A DNA stretch of 64,000 nucleotides from Octopus vulgaris (taxonomy: Eukaryota). The position numbers and the translations under genes were made by a program. Position 1 is the first letter of the stretch, and every line of letters starts with the position of its first letter. Below are positions 31,490 through 46,549 of this stretch, piece after piece. The notes beneath the pieces are model-generated. The model saw nothing but the letters and a program-made list of their open reading frames with translations, had not been told where the DNA came from and made no database searches. The stretch covers positions 17,298,001-17,362,000 of the forward strand of contig OX597842.1 in assembly GCA_951406725.2 (NCBI GenBank). The letters run 5' to 3'.

Positions 31490-32409
31490 AAAACAGCAGT
31501 AGTGAGATGGAACGTAAAAACTTCTTGCACATACAGAGCAGAGTCGAAGGTCAATCTGTGCCAAGTGACATCACAGTATGCTTTAGCTTCGTTACTATGG
31601 CAACAGTCCGGGTACTTATTGATCACACACGTATATTACAAGTACATATTTTTTATGTGATATAGTAAGGAGAATTTTTTAATACGGTGAGACTTCAATA
31701 AGTGACCTCTCTGTTGCAGTATTTTTAACCAATCACTGTTAACTCTCAGGCGCATTCGACAAAATCTTAAAGAGGGCACTTCAGTCTATTTTAGAATATG
31801 AAAAAGATATCTTGCTAAATTTTTTATTTCAGAGATCATACTTCATTAGTATATATCGTTGTTTAACTCGTAAATGCAAGATATTTCACCCCACCGCCAC
31901 CCAAATCCATACACACACGCACACACACATTCACATGTTTTTCTGTCATGTATTTAATATGCTTTCTGTGGTGCACGAATGGGAAACACTCCGCGACGCA
32001 CGAATTTAATATATTCGAATGAAATATTTCCGAATTGAATATCTCAAAGGGTAACTATTCTTTCTGGTTACTTTACTCTTCTACTCCTTTCTCTGTAACC
32101 CAGTTATTCTTTTTATTGTTGTAAAATAAAACATTTTTATCTTAGAAAAAAGGTTCGTCTGTCATATTTCTAAAATAATTCCCCTTCTTCTTTATATCAA
32201 CTTCAACATATAACATTTATAAATTTTTTTACCGCAAAAATAATCGAAAGAACCTGCTTGTCGGTTCGCTGTATGGGTAGGCAATCAGTTTTTTTTTTTA
32301 TCCCAAAATTGATAGTAATGGTCGATTTGTAACAAAGAATGTCTACCGTGTAGAAATTTGTATAATTTTTTACCGCAAAAATAATCGAAAGAACCTGCTT
32401 CTCTATCTC

Positions 32410-32650
32410 CCTATACTTTCTTCCGCTACTACCAGCGAACGTGAAGCTTGAACTACTGGCTTCATATTTCCTTCTTTATACTTGTGTAGCATGACAGCTC
32501 CTATTCTATAACCCGAAGCAATCGAAGCTTCGACTATGTCCATTTCAGGATCGAAATACGTTGGTGACAAATCAGAAATTAGTATTTTTTATCTTTTCAA
32601 ACGCATCTTGATACTTTGCTGACGAATTCCATTTTGCTTTTTTTCCCTAC
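32410..32650 (-). mobile_element. Gypsy LTR-retrotransposon RT-connection/RNase H fragment
   Basis: YQDAFEKIK../YFDPEMDIVEASIASGYRIGAVMLHKYKEGNMKPVVQASRSL. Confidence 0.75.
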
Positions 32651-32782
32651 AAAGTGTAGTTTGTCACGTGCAATTTTTGCTGTTTTTCTTGACATAGGTT
32701 TCTTAATTTCTACCAGGTGTAGGTGTTAAAGATTGAAATGTCCCTACCGTATCCAGCTGTAATTTAATATCCACTCCGTTTA

Positions 32783-33585
32783 TGGCGGAGAGCTGGCAGA
32801 AACGTTAGCACGCTGGGCGAAATGCGTAGCCGTATTTCGCCTGCCTCTACATTCTGAGTTCAAATTCCGCCGAGGTCGACTTTGCCTTTCATCCTTTCGA
32901 GGTCGATTAAATAAGTACCGTTACAAAATAAAATACCATGAAATATACAGGGATCGATATAATTGACTCTTACCTACCCACAAATATGTAATCCTGTATC
33001 AATGCAATTAATCAATATTATTATCAAAGTTGACCTCGGCGGAATTTGAACTCAGAACGTAGCGACGCGCGAAATACAGTTAAACATTTCGACGGGCGTG
33101 CTAACAATTCTGCCAGCCCGCCGCCTTGACCTTCATGATAATAATAATGCTTTCTACGATAGGCACAAGGTCTGAAATTTTGTGGGTGGGGCCCAGTCGA
33201 TTAGTACGCTACTGGTACTTAATTTAATGACCCATCCCCCGAAAGGATGAAAGGCAAAGTCGACATTGGCGGAATTTTAACTCAGAACGTAAAGACAGAC
33301 GACATACCGCTAAGTATTTCGCATGGCGTGCTAACGATTCTACCAGCTCGCTAACTTATCCTTCATAATAATAATAATCTTTTTCTACTATAGGCACAAG
33401 GCCTGAAATTTGGTAGACGGGGGATAGTCGATTACTTTGACCCCAATATTCAACTGGCTCTTATTTTATTGACCCCGAAAGAATAAACGGTCAATTCGAC
33501 CTCGGCGGAATTTGAACTCACAACGTAGCGACAGATGAAATATCGCAAAGAATTTTTCCCGGCGTGCTAACGATTCAACCAGCTC
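32783..33585 (+). mobile_element. Cluster of family A SINE copies in both orientations
   Basis: GAGCTGGCAGAA..GAGTTCAAATTCCGCCGAGGTCGAC motifs. Confidence 0.8.
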
Positions 33586-34265
33586 ACACAGAGAGAGGGT
33601 CGGGTGAATTGTTGTATAGATCACAAATCTTAAAATGTTTGTAGAAGTTCTTTTAAGCGTTGGTTCGGTCAGTTGCCAAATAAGATTCCTTGCGGTGGAT
33701 TCACCCCTTTAACATTAATGTTGTGTGTTGTAGTTGATAGAGAGAAGAGAAGTGTTTCAGAAATATGACAGACGAGGCTTTTTCTCAGATGAAAATGTTT
33801 TATTTAACAACACTAAAATAAATAACTGAGTCACAGAGGAAAAATTACAACAGCAAAGAAACAACATAGAATAATCACTCTTTGAATATTACATTCGGAA
33901 AGCAAATACATAAACTTGATTTTGTGTGCAACAGAATATTTCAGAAAATATATTAAGCATAAGAAGAGAAAAAAAGATGCGAATGTGTGTATGTATATAT
34001 ATATGATAAATATTTTGCATTTCCGAGTTGAACAATGGTATATGCTAATGAAAAAGATAAACTCTGAAATAAAAAAATTAACGCAGGTTTTTATATTGTA
34101 AAATGTGCCAGATTGTTAGCATTGTGGTCAGTTAAAAACGCTACAACGGACAGGTCAATTCTTAGATTTCTTACATTACAATGTACCAAAATATTTCGAT
34201 TCAAATCCGATAATGTAAAGTCAACAACAACGATCGTGTAGAATATGTCTAACAAAAGGTTCTGC

Positions 34266-34267
<2 letters not shown>

Positions 34268-34340
<73 letters not shown>

Positions 34341-34359
34341 GTAATAATAATTATTATTA

Positions 34360-34432
<73 letters not shown>

Positions 34433-34658
34433 CATTATTATTATTATTATCATCATCATTATTATTATAATTAGTATTATTATTATTATTATTATTATTA
34501 TAATTATTATTATTATTATTGTTATTATTATTGTTATTGTTATTGTTATTATTATTATTATTATTATCATTATTATCATTATCATCATTATTATTATTAT
34601 CTTTATTATCATTATTATCATTATTATTATCATCATTATTATTATTATCATCATTATT

Positions 34659-34690
<32 letters not shown>

Positions 34691-34728
34691 CATTATTATC
34701 ATTTTTATTATTATCATCATCATCATCA

Positions 34729-34762
<34 letters not shown>
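34268..34762. repeat. (AAT)n switching to (ATT/ATC)n
   Basis: Read directly. Confidence 0.95.
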
Positions 34763-34766
<4 letters not shown>

Positions 34767-34842
34767 GTATGTATATATATTAGACAGAATGAAATAACAA
34801 ATCCAAGACCGTGAGGATTTTTCAGGACATTTATCATGAAAT

Positions 34843-34892
34843 AGGCTTACAGCTGTTTCTGGGATATCATGGATATTCCTTCATCAGAGACT
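34843..34892 (-). ncRNA. Minimal hammerhead ribozyme
   Basis: AGTCT-CTGATGA-aGGaATATCcatGATATcCCa-GAAA-CAGCTG-TA-AGcCT; one stem I mismatch. Confidence 0.65.
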
Positions 34893-36257
34893 GTGTGAGA
34901 AAATATTTGAGTTCGAATTATTGTGCAGAAGATAGGGATTATAGTGGGAAATAAGAGAATGAAAATAGAAATAAGATATATAAAGATATTGTAGCTGCAG
35001 CTTCATTATTCGAGGAAAATGGTGTACAGAAGTGGTTAAAAAGTTTCCTGTACATGGTGTGTAAGTTGCAGTAGCAGTTCATGTTTAGTCATTTCAAAGC
35101 AATTAGACGTGGAATTAATGTTGCTCTTTCGAAAGTGTTTTGTGGTGTGAATGAAAATTTGAGAATGTATTGGAAGTGTTTATGGATAGATGGAGGGAGG
35201 AAGGAAGTGTGTGATTAGAAAGAGAGTGGAGATAGGTCAAATGTAAAGCAGGAAGGGAAAATGAGAGGAAGAAAGAAAGAAAGAAAGAAAAAGGGAGAGA
35301 GACAAAAACACAGAATGAAAGAAAGAAAAATGTACGTATGTATGTGTATATATACATATAAATAGAAAACCTCTTTTGTCTCCATTCAACTGAATATCCT
35401 TCCCCACCTTCTAGCAGTTCAAAATAACTTAAAGAATATTCTTCACTCAGAAGATAAATTCTATTACCATAATGTTCTTATAATTCTAATCAACATCTCT
35501 GTCTATATATCTACCCTCTCTATAATGTTATCAATTCATATGAAAATATGTTTTAATGGAAAACCTCTATAAATGGCTGATGATTGCTCAACATTTTAAA
35601 ACTGTTGTAATACTTACAATGTTTAATAAAATGATGTAGCGTGAAACGATCGTACCACATTACCGAAAATATTCTTGTTGCTTATTTTGATTATAATCAC
35701 CCCCATGGATTTATATGGATAACACCATACAAAATTCTAGAGCATCTAACTTAAGTACCATATTCATTTGAATCTAAATGTTGCTGAACATATATATATA
35801 TATACTTTCATACACATACATATCCCAAACAACCGTACACACACACACACACACACACACACCTTCCTACATGTCCAGATTCAGATAAGGTTCCACTTCT
35901 ATACTTTCACACAGACACCCATGCCTCTTCCCTTATTAACTCCCTCCTCATTGAACTGCATTTCATCCGCTTCCTAGCACTTTGTCCGTTTTCTCTCTCT
36001 TTCTCTCTCTCTCTGTCTCTCTTTCTTTTTCTCTCTTTCTCTCTCATCGTTTATTCTTGTTTCTAACTCCTATAGGCTTTTCCTTTCCTTCTGATGAAGG
36101 ACTCACCTCTGAAATCTTGAGTTTCTCTCTTGCATAAAAGCATTAAGCTAACAGCGTATCTGTTGAACGCTGTCCTGTCTATGATGTCTTTTATTATTAT
36201 TCAAAGCATTTACACGGTACATCAATTTCTGTCTGTCCGTGTGTATGTGTATATGTA

Positions 36258-36292
<35 letters not shown>

Positions 36293-36547
36293 ATGTATGT
36301 ATGTATGTATGCATGTATGTATGTATTTATATTGTACGTACATGTGTATGTATGTATGTATGTATGTATGTATGTATATTGTATGTTGTACGTACATATG
36401 TATGTATGTGTGTATGTATGTATGTATGTATGTATGTGTGTATGTATGTATGTATGTATGTATGTATGTATGTATGTATGTATGTATGTATGTATATTGT
36501 ACGTACATATGTATGTATGTGTGTATGTATGTATGTATGTATGTATG

Positions 36548-36578
<31 letters not shown>

Positions 36579-36608
36579 GAATATACAGTTTCTGGAATAA
36601 TATATATT

Positions 36609-36658
36609 CTACTTTAAAGTCACTGAGACCCTCAGGAGTTCAAAAGTAAATCTGAGAT
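36609..36658 (-). CDS. Gene B exon 6 (terminal)
   Basis: LRFTFELLRVSVTLK*; TTTTTACAG acceptor. Confidence 0.8.
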
Positions 36659-36730
36659 CTGTAAAAAAATAAAGTTAGAAATTAATGAATTTGACTCTAA
36701 ATTTTTCAATAATCATCACTCACTCACACA

Positions 36731-36785
<55 letters not shown>

Positions 36786-37056
36786 CCTTATAAAATGCAA
36801 TGTTTGTTTTACTTTGACCGCTGAAAACACTATATAAAACTAATGTTTCAGATTTTTTGTATCATTGAAATTAATTTGGCCATTCCGCAAATAAATGTGC
36901 ACCTATTCTCCTATAACGGAACGGCAGGAGTTGGGCGAGTTGCTGATGTATTGGATCCGATTTCTAGCAATCCACGGTCTATCTTTTGCACCGTAATGCT
37001 TTTTACAGACTGAGAAAATACTCCACCTGTCATTGAATACACATCCAACATTCTCA

Positions 37057-37142
<86 letters not shown>

Positions 37143-37402
37143 TGGTTCAGCAAAAAAAAATTACTTTACCACACACCGAACTTTTAGAAATAGCAGCCAA
37201 AGAATTTAGCTATTTCTCCTAAGCTAAATTCTTTGGCTGCTGTTTCTAAAAATTCGGTGTGTGGTAAAGTAACATTTTTTTTCTGAACCCTAATGATATA
37301 AAGTAATGTTAAAATATATCGTAAATGGTCCTTTTACATACTGAACACTGCTTGGTAAAATTATTAATTACTAATTAACTAATTATACCCTTATTATTAT
37401 TG

Positions 37403-37456
<54 letters not shown>

Positions 37457-37712
37457 AATGAGGTAATCAGACCGGATGTTTCATATTTATAGATATTTAT
37501 AGATATTACATTTTTTACATATATATCTATCATATCATTCAGATCATATCATTCGGATTATTAGCGCTTTCTGCCAATCCAGTGGGGTTTTCAAATCAAA
37601 TCAATTCCTTTGTGGGGAATTTGAACATTTTATAGAGTTTCGTAGTAGTGGGGAGGAATAAGACAGTATAAGAGGGTGAGGACGAAGTGAGACAGAGAAA
37701 ACATGTGTGTAT

Positions 37713-37808
<96 letters not shown>

Positions 37809-38560
37809 TTGTATCTGAGAGGGAAGAAGTATTTCCGTTGGCCTGCTGGACCCCCTATGGTTTTCTAAGAATTTTGACTCTCTGTCCATTCTGGTGTCAC
37901 TGAGTGTGTGTTGTGGGTAGGCTGGCCGGACAAATGTCATTTGGGGTCATACTTTCTATGATCGTTTTGTGGAGGTGTGTGTGTGTCTCTGTGTGTCCGT
38001 GTGTGTGTGTCTCTGTATCCAAAGTTCATCACTATTTAAAAGATTTATGTTTATGAGACAATGCTTCTTGAAAACCCACTGCTGCGAGCGCACGCACACA
38101 CACACAGGAACAAACATACATACACACATACATAGTATAATAGTAATAGGAGCACTCCGTCGGTTGCGACGATGAGGTTCCCAGCTGATACGATCAACGG
38201 AACAGCTTGCTCGTGATATTAACGTGCAAGTGGCTGAGCACTCCGCAGACACGTGTACCCTTAATGTAGTTCTCGGGGAGATTCAGCATGACACAGAGTG
38301 TGAAAAGGCTGGCCCATTCAAATACAAGTACTACTCATTTTTGCCAGCTGAGTGGACTGGAGTAACATGAAATAGAGTGTCTTGCTCAAGGACACAACGC
38401 GCCGCCGGGAATTGAACTCACGACCTTACGATCATGAGCCGAATGCTCCTAACCACTAGGCCACGCGCCTTCACACATACACACACACACAAACACACAT
38501 ATACACATATAGGGTTATACAATTATTTGCATTGAAATCAAGAGGATATATTTTACTTAC

Positions 38561-38667
38561 AACCGCCATCATCTTCCTGAAAAATAACGTAATTTTCATT
38601 ATTTCCACTTTCTCTTTTCGCTATTATCCTATCCCCGTTAACAAACTCGATGAGGAAGTTCGGGTAA
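38561..38667 (-). CDS. Gene B exon 5
   Basis: YPNFLIEFVNGDRIIAKRESGNNENYVIFQEDDGG. Confidence 0.85.
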
Positions 38668-39458
38668 CTGAAACTAAAATATTATAATTGATAAATTTAA
38701 TAAACTTAATCACAAAGAAAACTTTTACGACTGTATTTACTATAATCAGTTCTGTTTAATCAAATGAATGAGTTTATCATTTCATCTCCGATATTAATGA
38801 AAACAACATCAAAATACTGCGACCTCAACGAGGGCAATAAGGCACCTATTCATCTTCAATTAACATAAGTTTTTTTAATTTTAAAACCTTATATCATCTC
38901 TGATATGTGTTTCATAACCAATTTGTTACTCGTTATAAAGAAAGAGATACAATGTAAGAGGAGAAAGTTCATGGACCAATAGTTTATGCCATAAATAATT
39001 ACCAGTTTGATAACGGTACCGATGCAGTGTGGGTGCACATTGCCTAGTGGTTAGAGCAGCGGACGTCGCGGTGGAGGGATCGCGGGTTCGAATCTCAGAC
39101 CGGACGGTGTTTGTGTTTATGAGCGAAACACCCAAGCTCCACGCGGCTCCGGCAGAAGGTAATGGCGAAAAGTCTGCTGATTCTTTCGCCACAACTTTCT
39201 TTCTCTCTCTCTTTCCTCCTGCATCTTGCAGCTCACCTGCGACGAACCGGCGTCCCGTCCAGGTGGGGAACCTATACACCAAGGAAACCGGGAAACTGGC
39301 CCTTATGAGCCAGGCTTGGCTCGAGAAGGAACAAGCAACAACCGATGCAATTGACTAAACCCCCTCCTCCGTACCTAACAAACTGTCAGATATTCTGCCT
39401 ATGGTAGAAAGGAATATTATTATGGAATTATAATATTATACAACAATGGGATATAAAG

Positions 39459-39495
<37 letters not shown>

Positions 39496-39497
<2 letters not shown>

Positions 39498-40052
39498 ACT
39501 CTTTTACTCTTTTACTTGTTTCAGTCATTTGACTGTGGCCATGCTGGAGCATCGCCTTTAGTCGAGCAAATCGAGCCCAGGACTTATTCTATCAGTTTCT
39601 TTTGCCGAACCGCTAAGTTATGGGGATGTAAACACACCAGCATCAGTTGTCAAGCGTTGTTGGGGGGACAAACACAGACACACATATATATGCATATATA
39701 CAACAGGCTTCTTCCAGTTTTCGTCCATCAAATTCACTCACAAGCCTTTGGTTAGCCTCAGGCTATAGTAGAAGACTCTTGCCCAAGGTGCCACGCAGTG
39801 GGACCGAACCCGGAACAATGTGGTTGGTAAGCAAGCTACTTACCACACAGCCACTCCTGCACCTATATATATATATATATATATATATATACGATGGGCT
39901 TCTTTCGGTTTCTGTCTATCAAATCCACTCACAAGGCTTTGGTCGGCCCTGGGCTATAGTAGAAGACACTTGCAAAAGGTGCCACGCAGAGAGACTGAAC
40001 CCGGAACCATGTGGTTGGTAAGCAAGCTACTTACCACACAGCCACTCCTGCA

Positions 40053-40087
<35 letters not shown>

Positions 40088-40622
40088 GATGGGCTTCTTT
40101 CGGTTTCCGTCTACCAAATCCACTCACAAGGCTTTGGTCGACCCTGGGCTATAGTAGAAGACACTTGCAAAAGGTGCTACGCAGAGAGACTGAACCCGGA
40201 ACCATGTGGTTGGTAAGCAAGCTACTTACCACACAGCCACTCCTGCACCTATATATATATATATATATATACGATGGTCTTCTTTCGGTTTCCGTCTACA
40301 AAATCCACTCACAAGCCTTTGGTCGGCCCTAGGCTATAGTAGAAGAATCTTGCCCAAGGTGCCACGCAGTGAGACTGAACCCGGAACCATGTGGTTGGTA
40401 AGCAAGCTACTTACCACAAAGCCACTCCTGCACATATATATATATATATATATACATATATAAACGATGGGCTTCTTTCGGTTTCCGTCTACCAAATCCA
40501 CTCACAAGGCTTTGGTCGGCGCTAGGCTATAGTAGAAGACACTTGCCCAAGGTGCCACGCAGTGAGACGAAATCCGGAACCATGTAGTTGGTAAGCAAGC
40601 TACTTACCACAAAGCCACTCCT
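39496..40622 (-). mobile_element. Family B SINE with five tandem head units separated by (TA)n
   Basis: CCACTCCTGCACCTATATA junction is repeated; single tail at 39496-39690. Confidence 0.85.
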
Positions 40623-40727
40623 ATCTGTATACTTTCCTCTTATATATACACCGTGAAAGTGTTTAAAAGAGCTATTATGGAACAATTAGTCGTAGGTGTT
40701 AATTATGTGTAAGAAAATCGTTTATAC

Positions 40728-40870
40728 TTCTCATGCAGAGTTAATTTATGTACGTTCCAATTCGATGGCTGAACAAGGATTTTATCTTTCTGGGACCATG
40801 ATGTAGAATTCGTCCCTGTTCCATTGAAAGTTAACGTACTAAAATATGTTTTTCGTAACTGAACTCGAAC
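40728..40870 (-). CDS. Gene B exon 4
   Basis: VRVQLRKTYFSTLTFNGTGTNSTSWSQKDKILVQPSNWNVHKLTLHE. Confidence 0.85.
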
Positions 40871-42258
40871 CTGGAAATAGAATGTAAACTCGGAGTTGTA
40901 ATGAATCTGAGAGTGAGGGAGGACTGAGTAGTAGGAAGAGAAAGGAGACTAGGATGTGATGTAAGGAGAGAGTAGGAGGGCGAGAATGAGATGGAGAGAA
41001 TAATGGGGGAGGGAATGAGACATTGGGTGCAGGAGAATAAGGACCGGAGAATACAGAAAATAGGAGGAAGAGAAGGGGAGGGAGAGAGAGACAGACAGAC
41101 AGAGAGAAGGAAGGAAAATGAGAAGACGAAATGCTATGTCGCGTTAAATGTGCAAAATTAAGACAGAAAGTGATTGGGTTTGAGAGGAAAACGTGGCTGA
41201 CTTACGAGACAGAGAATCAGACTACTAACTAATGAGTCATGATTTCGGAGTCTTTCTAAAAGTTTTGTTGCATCTATAGGAACTAGAAAACCCTGACAAA
41301 ATCAGGATAATACAAAAACAAAAACAGCAAGAATCGATCCCACATCAAAGACATATCGATGTTCTGTGGAGGAATCAAGGGAGATATCAGGAACGGAAGT
41401 AAAGGAGTTGTGACATCACCTCAAGAAAGGGGCTTTTGATCTGCCTCTTCCTTGGTCAAGACTCTTAGGTGGAGAGGATGCCAGAGGGACAGTAGCTTCT
41501 GACCAAATGCTGGGGTAGTGTATAGGTTTGTCCAACAAGTTCTTTTGACTCTGGTAGAGTGTAGCTTTTCTGTAGTTCGTCTCGAATTAAAAGCATTTTT
41601 ACTGTCCCATCTACAAATTCGTGAATTTCATCCTTCCACCTCTTCCTTTAAAATGCAAGACAAATATTTTTCCTCGCTGACACAGAACCTTCTCATAATC
41701 TCTCCCCTTCTTTCTCCACCTCATGTCTACTCAACCCTATATTCCTACACTTATAACAACTCACCATTCTTATTTCGATCTTAGCAGTTAAAACTCTTTG
41801 CTATTCTACTTCAAAATATTTATTCCTCATTGATCCAATTCAGGTGTTAATTCATCGCTTTCCAAACTCCTCCTTAAACCCCCTTTTCTTCTTAGTTATA
41901 ATGCTCATAATCCCTTTTAACCTTCGGGCTCTTCTTACACCAAAGCACCGATGATGAGATTGAACCATTCCACATTCTGATCCATTTGTACCAGTCTCTT
42001 TCGTAACCTTGAAGTATTCCTCTTAAACACACTGATTCAATATCGAGACACTCTCGGTTATGTTGCTGTCTATGAAATCCCGCGTCTCTACGATCTGATG
42101 ACGTTTGTCACATTATGCTATCGTTCCTTGAAGGATGAAAGGCAAAGTCGACTTCGGCGGAAATTGAACTCGGAAAATAAAGATCCGGAATTAAATACTA
42201 CAAGCATTGTGTTCTACGTTCTAATTATTCCGATTCTTTTATAATAATAATAATAATG

Positions 42259-42576
42259 AGAAGAAGAAGAAGAAGAAGAAGAAGAAGAAGAAGAAGAAGA
42301 AGAAGAAGAAGAAGAAGAAGAAGAAGAAGAAGGAGAAGAAGAAGAAGAATTGGAAGAAGAAGAAGAAGAAGAAGAAGAAGAAGAAGAAGAAGAAGAAGAA
42401 GAATTGGAAGAAGAAGAAGAAGAAGAAGAATTGGAAGAAGAAGAAGAAGAAGAAGAAGAAGAAGAAGAAGAAGAAGAAGAAGAAAAGAAGAAGAAGAAGA
42501 AGAAGAAGAAGAAGAAGATGAATGAAGAAGAAGAAGAAGAAGAAGAAGAAGAAGAAGAAGAAGAAGAAGAAGAAGA
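42259..42576. repeat. (GAA)n tract
   Basis: Read directly. Confidence 0.95.
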
Positions 42577-42599
42577 GAGGATCGCTGTGCAAAGGATGA

Positions 42600-43325
42600 C
42601 TGCCTGCAGCAAGGTCGCACCCCTGCATGGATGTCAAGCGAGCGAACGCTGCTAATGTGTCAAGGACCCCTTGAAAGGGAACTTGCAAACATCAGGTAAG
42701 TAACAATCTATTACCTAAAGAACAGAAAGGATGCAGGAACCAAAGTAGGGCAACAAAAGATCACCTATTAGATGATAAAATGATAATTAGAAATTGCAGA
42801 GGTAGATGATTGGCAGGAGTGAATGTAGCATGGTTAGATTAGAAAAAAGCGTATGACATGGTACCACACAGTTAGACAAGTAAAACAAGGAGCAGGTTTG
42901 AAATAGCAAAAAAAAAAGCATGGAGAAAGTGCTAAATGAAAGTATGGAACATTGGAATACTGAAATGATCGGAGAAAAACAAAAACCTGGAAAGGTGAAC
43001 ATCAGACGTGGAATATTTCAAGGTGATAGCTTATCTCCGTTACTATTCGAATTGGCCATGAAAAGTGAAAATTGCTTACGATTTGGTTAAAGGAAATGGT
43101 CAGATAAATCATCTCCTTTTCATGGACCATACAAAAGTTTATGCGAAAAATGAGAAACAGTTTGAAAATCTTGTAAATATTATCCGAATTTTCTCAAATG
43201 ACGTTGCTATGGAATTTGGGATAGAAAAGTGCGCTATATTGAAAGTAAAACGAGGAACATTTGAAAGAAGCCAGGGAATTGAAATGCCAAATGGGCAAAC
43301 AATGGGAGCAGTTGAGAAGGCCGGA
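42600..43325 (+). mobile_element. R4/Dong-like LINE RT fragment
   Basis: [49 protein letters not shown]. Confidence 0.8.
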
Positions 43326-43678
43326 CCTTAGTCCCCAAATCTCGCTAGTGAAACAGAAAAAAAAAGGAGAAATAAATACGAGAGGAATAGGTTTCTATGC
43401 GTCGTGTATATTTTATAGCAACACTCTTGCCACAAAATGAAAACGCTGCACAATATTCCATTGAAATTTCGAAGGAAAATTAGTTTGGATCTAGTTCTAT
43501 CGTGAAACCCCGCCAAAGAAACTTGCTAACACAAAAAGATAGATTTTAAAATGAAACAAACATCAGAAACTGAAATTAAACGTTTAAAAGAAAACACTAG
43601 TAATTATTGTAAAACAGCAACAAATATGTAGATTGGTTATTCAATGAGAATCATCTCGAAATTCTAAAAATTCATTAC

Positions 43679-43770
43679 CTTTTCAATAGGCATGTCTTCC
43701 CAGTACAAATAAATAGGGCTTTTCTTAAATGAGTTTGGGGTCATCTCAAATACTTTCTGCCAGCTTTTAC
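43679..43770 (-). CDS. Gene B exon 3
   Basis: KSWQKVFEMTPNSFKKSPIYLYWEDMPIEK. Confidence 0.85.
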
Positions 43771-44329
43771 CTAAGTATACAAACAAGATGTTAACCCTTA
43801 AACGGCGGAAAAGTTTTGCAGGAATGTCTGTGACAAACGGACAATAATCGAAAAAATCTCTTTTTCATACGGCTAATTTTTATATTTATTTTCATTAAAT
43901 TAAGCACAAAAACTAAAATAATTGTTTGTCTTAAACAAATGGAGAAGGATCGGTGCACTTTTTCCATCCAGAGCTAGTTAAAGCATTATTTATTTTTTTT
44001 CTATTATCTAAAATATCGTTTTCAACATCATCTGATTCATTTGATGATGAAAGAAAATCAGAAAAACACTTCATCATCGCTGTTTAAATCATCTATTTAC
44101 GACTGGATTTCTCCCATTGATAAGGGCCGCTTACGCTTAGGCGCATTTAATTTAGAAGACGCTCGGGCCTCGACTGATGACGATCATATCTGTGTAAACT
44201 TTTTGTGACACCAATAGGATTTGAAAGAAAAAGGAGGTGCATTCTAGAAGTTTCGAGGATTTTTCAGGAAAGACATTTATTTATTTCAAAGAAAGCTGAG
44301 TGAACCGGTCCGATTCCTTGTTCGACATC

Positions 44330-44995
44330 TCGCTCAGGATTGTGTTTGGTGTAAAGCACATTTCTAAGGATATGTAAAGTGATTAACTCGTTCCAGTGGT
44401 GTGCCCGAAATTATTATGTTAAAGTCCAGAAGGGCAGATTTCGGGATTGATTAGGGGAAGAACTGAGATTTCTTAGAATTTACAGTGAGCTCAAAACGTT
44501 GATACGCAATGGTGAAATAACTGACAGATTTTTGCAGTTCTAAGCTTGAGTGACCGAATGACCACGTTGCCATCGACGAAGTGAAGTTCTGAGATTCGCT
44601 TGGAACTGGAAAGATTCTTTGACCGAAACCTCACCAAGCTGAAGAGTCTTTCATCAAAACGATATCTGATGTCCTTTCCCAGCTGATCCGAGGCAAGTTT
44701 ATAGATCATTGCAGCAAGGTATAAGGAGAAAAGCATAGTAGCGGGTACGCAAACTTGTTTCAATCCAGATGTAATTGGGAATTCTTCTGAGAGTCCATCA
44801 CGAGAAAGGAAACGCCCAGTCATGCCATCGTATGATCAGAGAGAAGACGAAATTGATCAAGGGCCGTCCATATGGCTGGTCTTGGTACTCTATCAAAAAC
44901 CTTTTGCAGATCATAAAGATAAGGAAAATGCGGTTTTGTTGTTGTCGATACTTGTTTTGGAATTGTCTGACGCAGATCGTGTCTACGTATGAGTA
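44330..44995 (-). mobile_element. RTE-like LINE RT fragment
   Basis: DLQKVFDRVPR..FPITSGLKQVCVPATMLF..ISELHFVD. Confidence 0.7.
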
Positions 44996-45010
44996 TAGCT
45001 TCCTTAATTC

Positions 45011-45240
45011 TTAAATTACCCACATTTCTTTCACTGGCTCAATTGTGACTGTTATGCTTTTGTCGGTGTTCCGGCATCTGTCTAGATGTTTTCTGAAGGA
45101 GGTGGCTCTCGTGTTAAGATGTTCTATGATGCGGACGTGTAACGGTTTTGTTGTGCTACCAACATAGAGCTTATTGCATTTGTTACATTGTATTCTATAC
45201 ACAACATTTACCCGTTGACATGAATCTATGTCACGGATGG
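45011..45240 (-). mobile_element. Penelope GIY-YIG fragment
   Basis: CQRVNVVYRIQCNKCNKLYVGSTTKPLHVRIIEH. Confidence 0.8.
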
Positions 45241-45646
45241 GACGGTTTGTTAGTTTGCATTGATTGTTGTCCCTTGTTCGTTTCTTTGCGAGCATACATA
45301 CATAAAACATACAAATCTGCGCATAGATACATACATACATAACATACATACAAACTTACAAACAAAAATACCCTGTCGTTGATGTTGCAATTCCAGTGAA
45401 GGAGCCTTGATTTAGGTTAGAAACCGGTTCGTTCTCTATTCGCAAGAAATCCTGAAATAAACTGAATAACAATAAACATACATAGCCGCAGGAGTGGCTG
45501 TGTGGTAAGTAGCTTGCTTACACACCACATGGTTCCGGGTTCAGTCCCACTGCGTGGCACCTTGGGTAAGCGTTTTCTACTATAACCTCGGTCCGACCAA
45601 AGCCTTGTGTGTGGATTTGGTAGATGGAAACTGAAAGAAGCCCGTC

Positions 45647-45704
<58 letters not shown>

Positions 45705-45717
45705 GTGTATGTATATA

Positions 45718-45772
<55 letters not shown>

Positions 45773-46044
45773 ATGTTTGTGTGTTTTTGTTCGTCCCCCT
45801 AACATCACTCGACAACCGATACTGGTGTGTTTATGTCACCCGTAACTTAGGAGTTCGGCAAAAGAGCCCGATAGAATAAGTACTAGGCTTACAAAGAATA
45901 AGTCCTGTGATCGATTTGCTCGACTAAAGGCGGTGCTCCAGCATGGCCACAGTCAAATGACCGAAACAAATAATAGAATGATAGAATGCCTATATACATA
46001 AATGTGTGTGTGTGCGTGTGTGTGTGCGTGTGTGTGTGCGTGTG

Positions 46045-46137
<93 letters not shown>

Positions 46138-46216
46138 TTGTAAAACAATTGGGATAATGGTGAAAATATATTACTGAAATTAGAAAAAATATGCCAGAAA
46201 ATTGTGATTTACATAC

Positions 46217-46549
46217 TGTTTCCGGAGAGTAAAATATACGATAAACATGTGCAATCCTGATCTTTAATTTCTTCGTTGTAAAGCGATCGATGCATATAAC
46301 ACGGGCCATTACAATAGCTAAAATATTGGCACTCATCGCGTGAAAGACACAGACTTGCACATTCCATACGAGATGACGCGGTTTTTGTAGTTTTATTCTG
46401 ATCAATTAAGCATTTTGATGTCGTGGTTTTTTTGAAGAGACCTTCTCTATTCGTTGGTTCTCCGGCAGTTACAAGAGTCACGAAAAGCAAAAGTGTCAAA
46501 GCTGGTAGCAGAAGAGGAATCGAATGGTACTGAATTGTTGTCTCCATTC
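46217..46549 (-). CDS. Gene B exon 2: signal peptide plus PAN/Apple domain
   Basis: METTIQYHSIPLLLPALTLLLFVTL; ECASLCLSRDECQYFSYCNGPC; all mature-domain cysteines match gene A. Confidence 0.9.
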
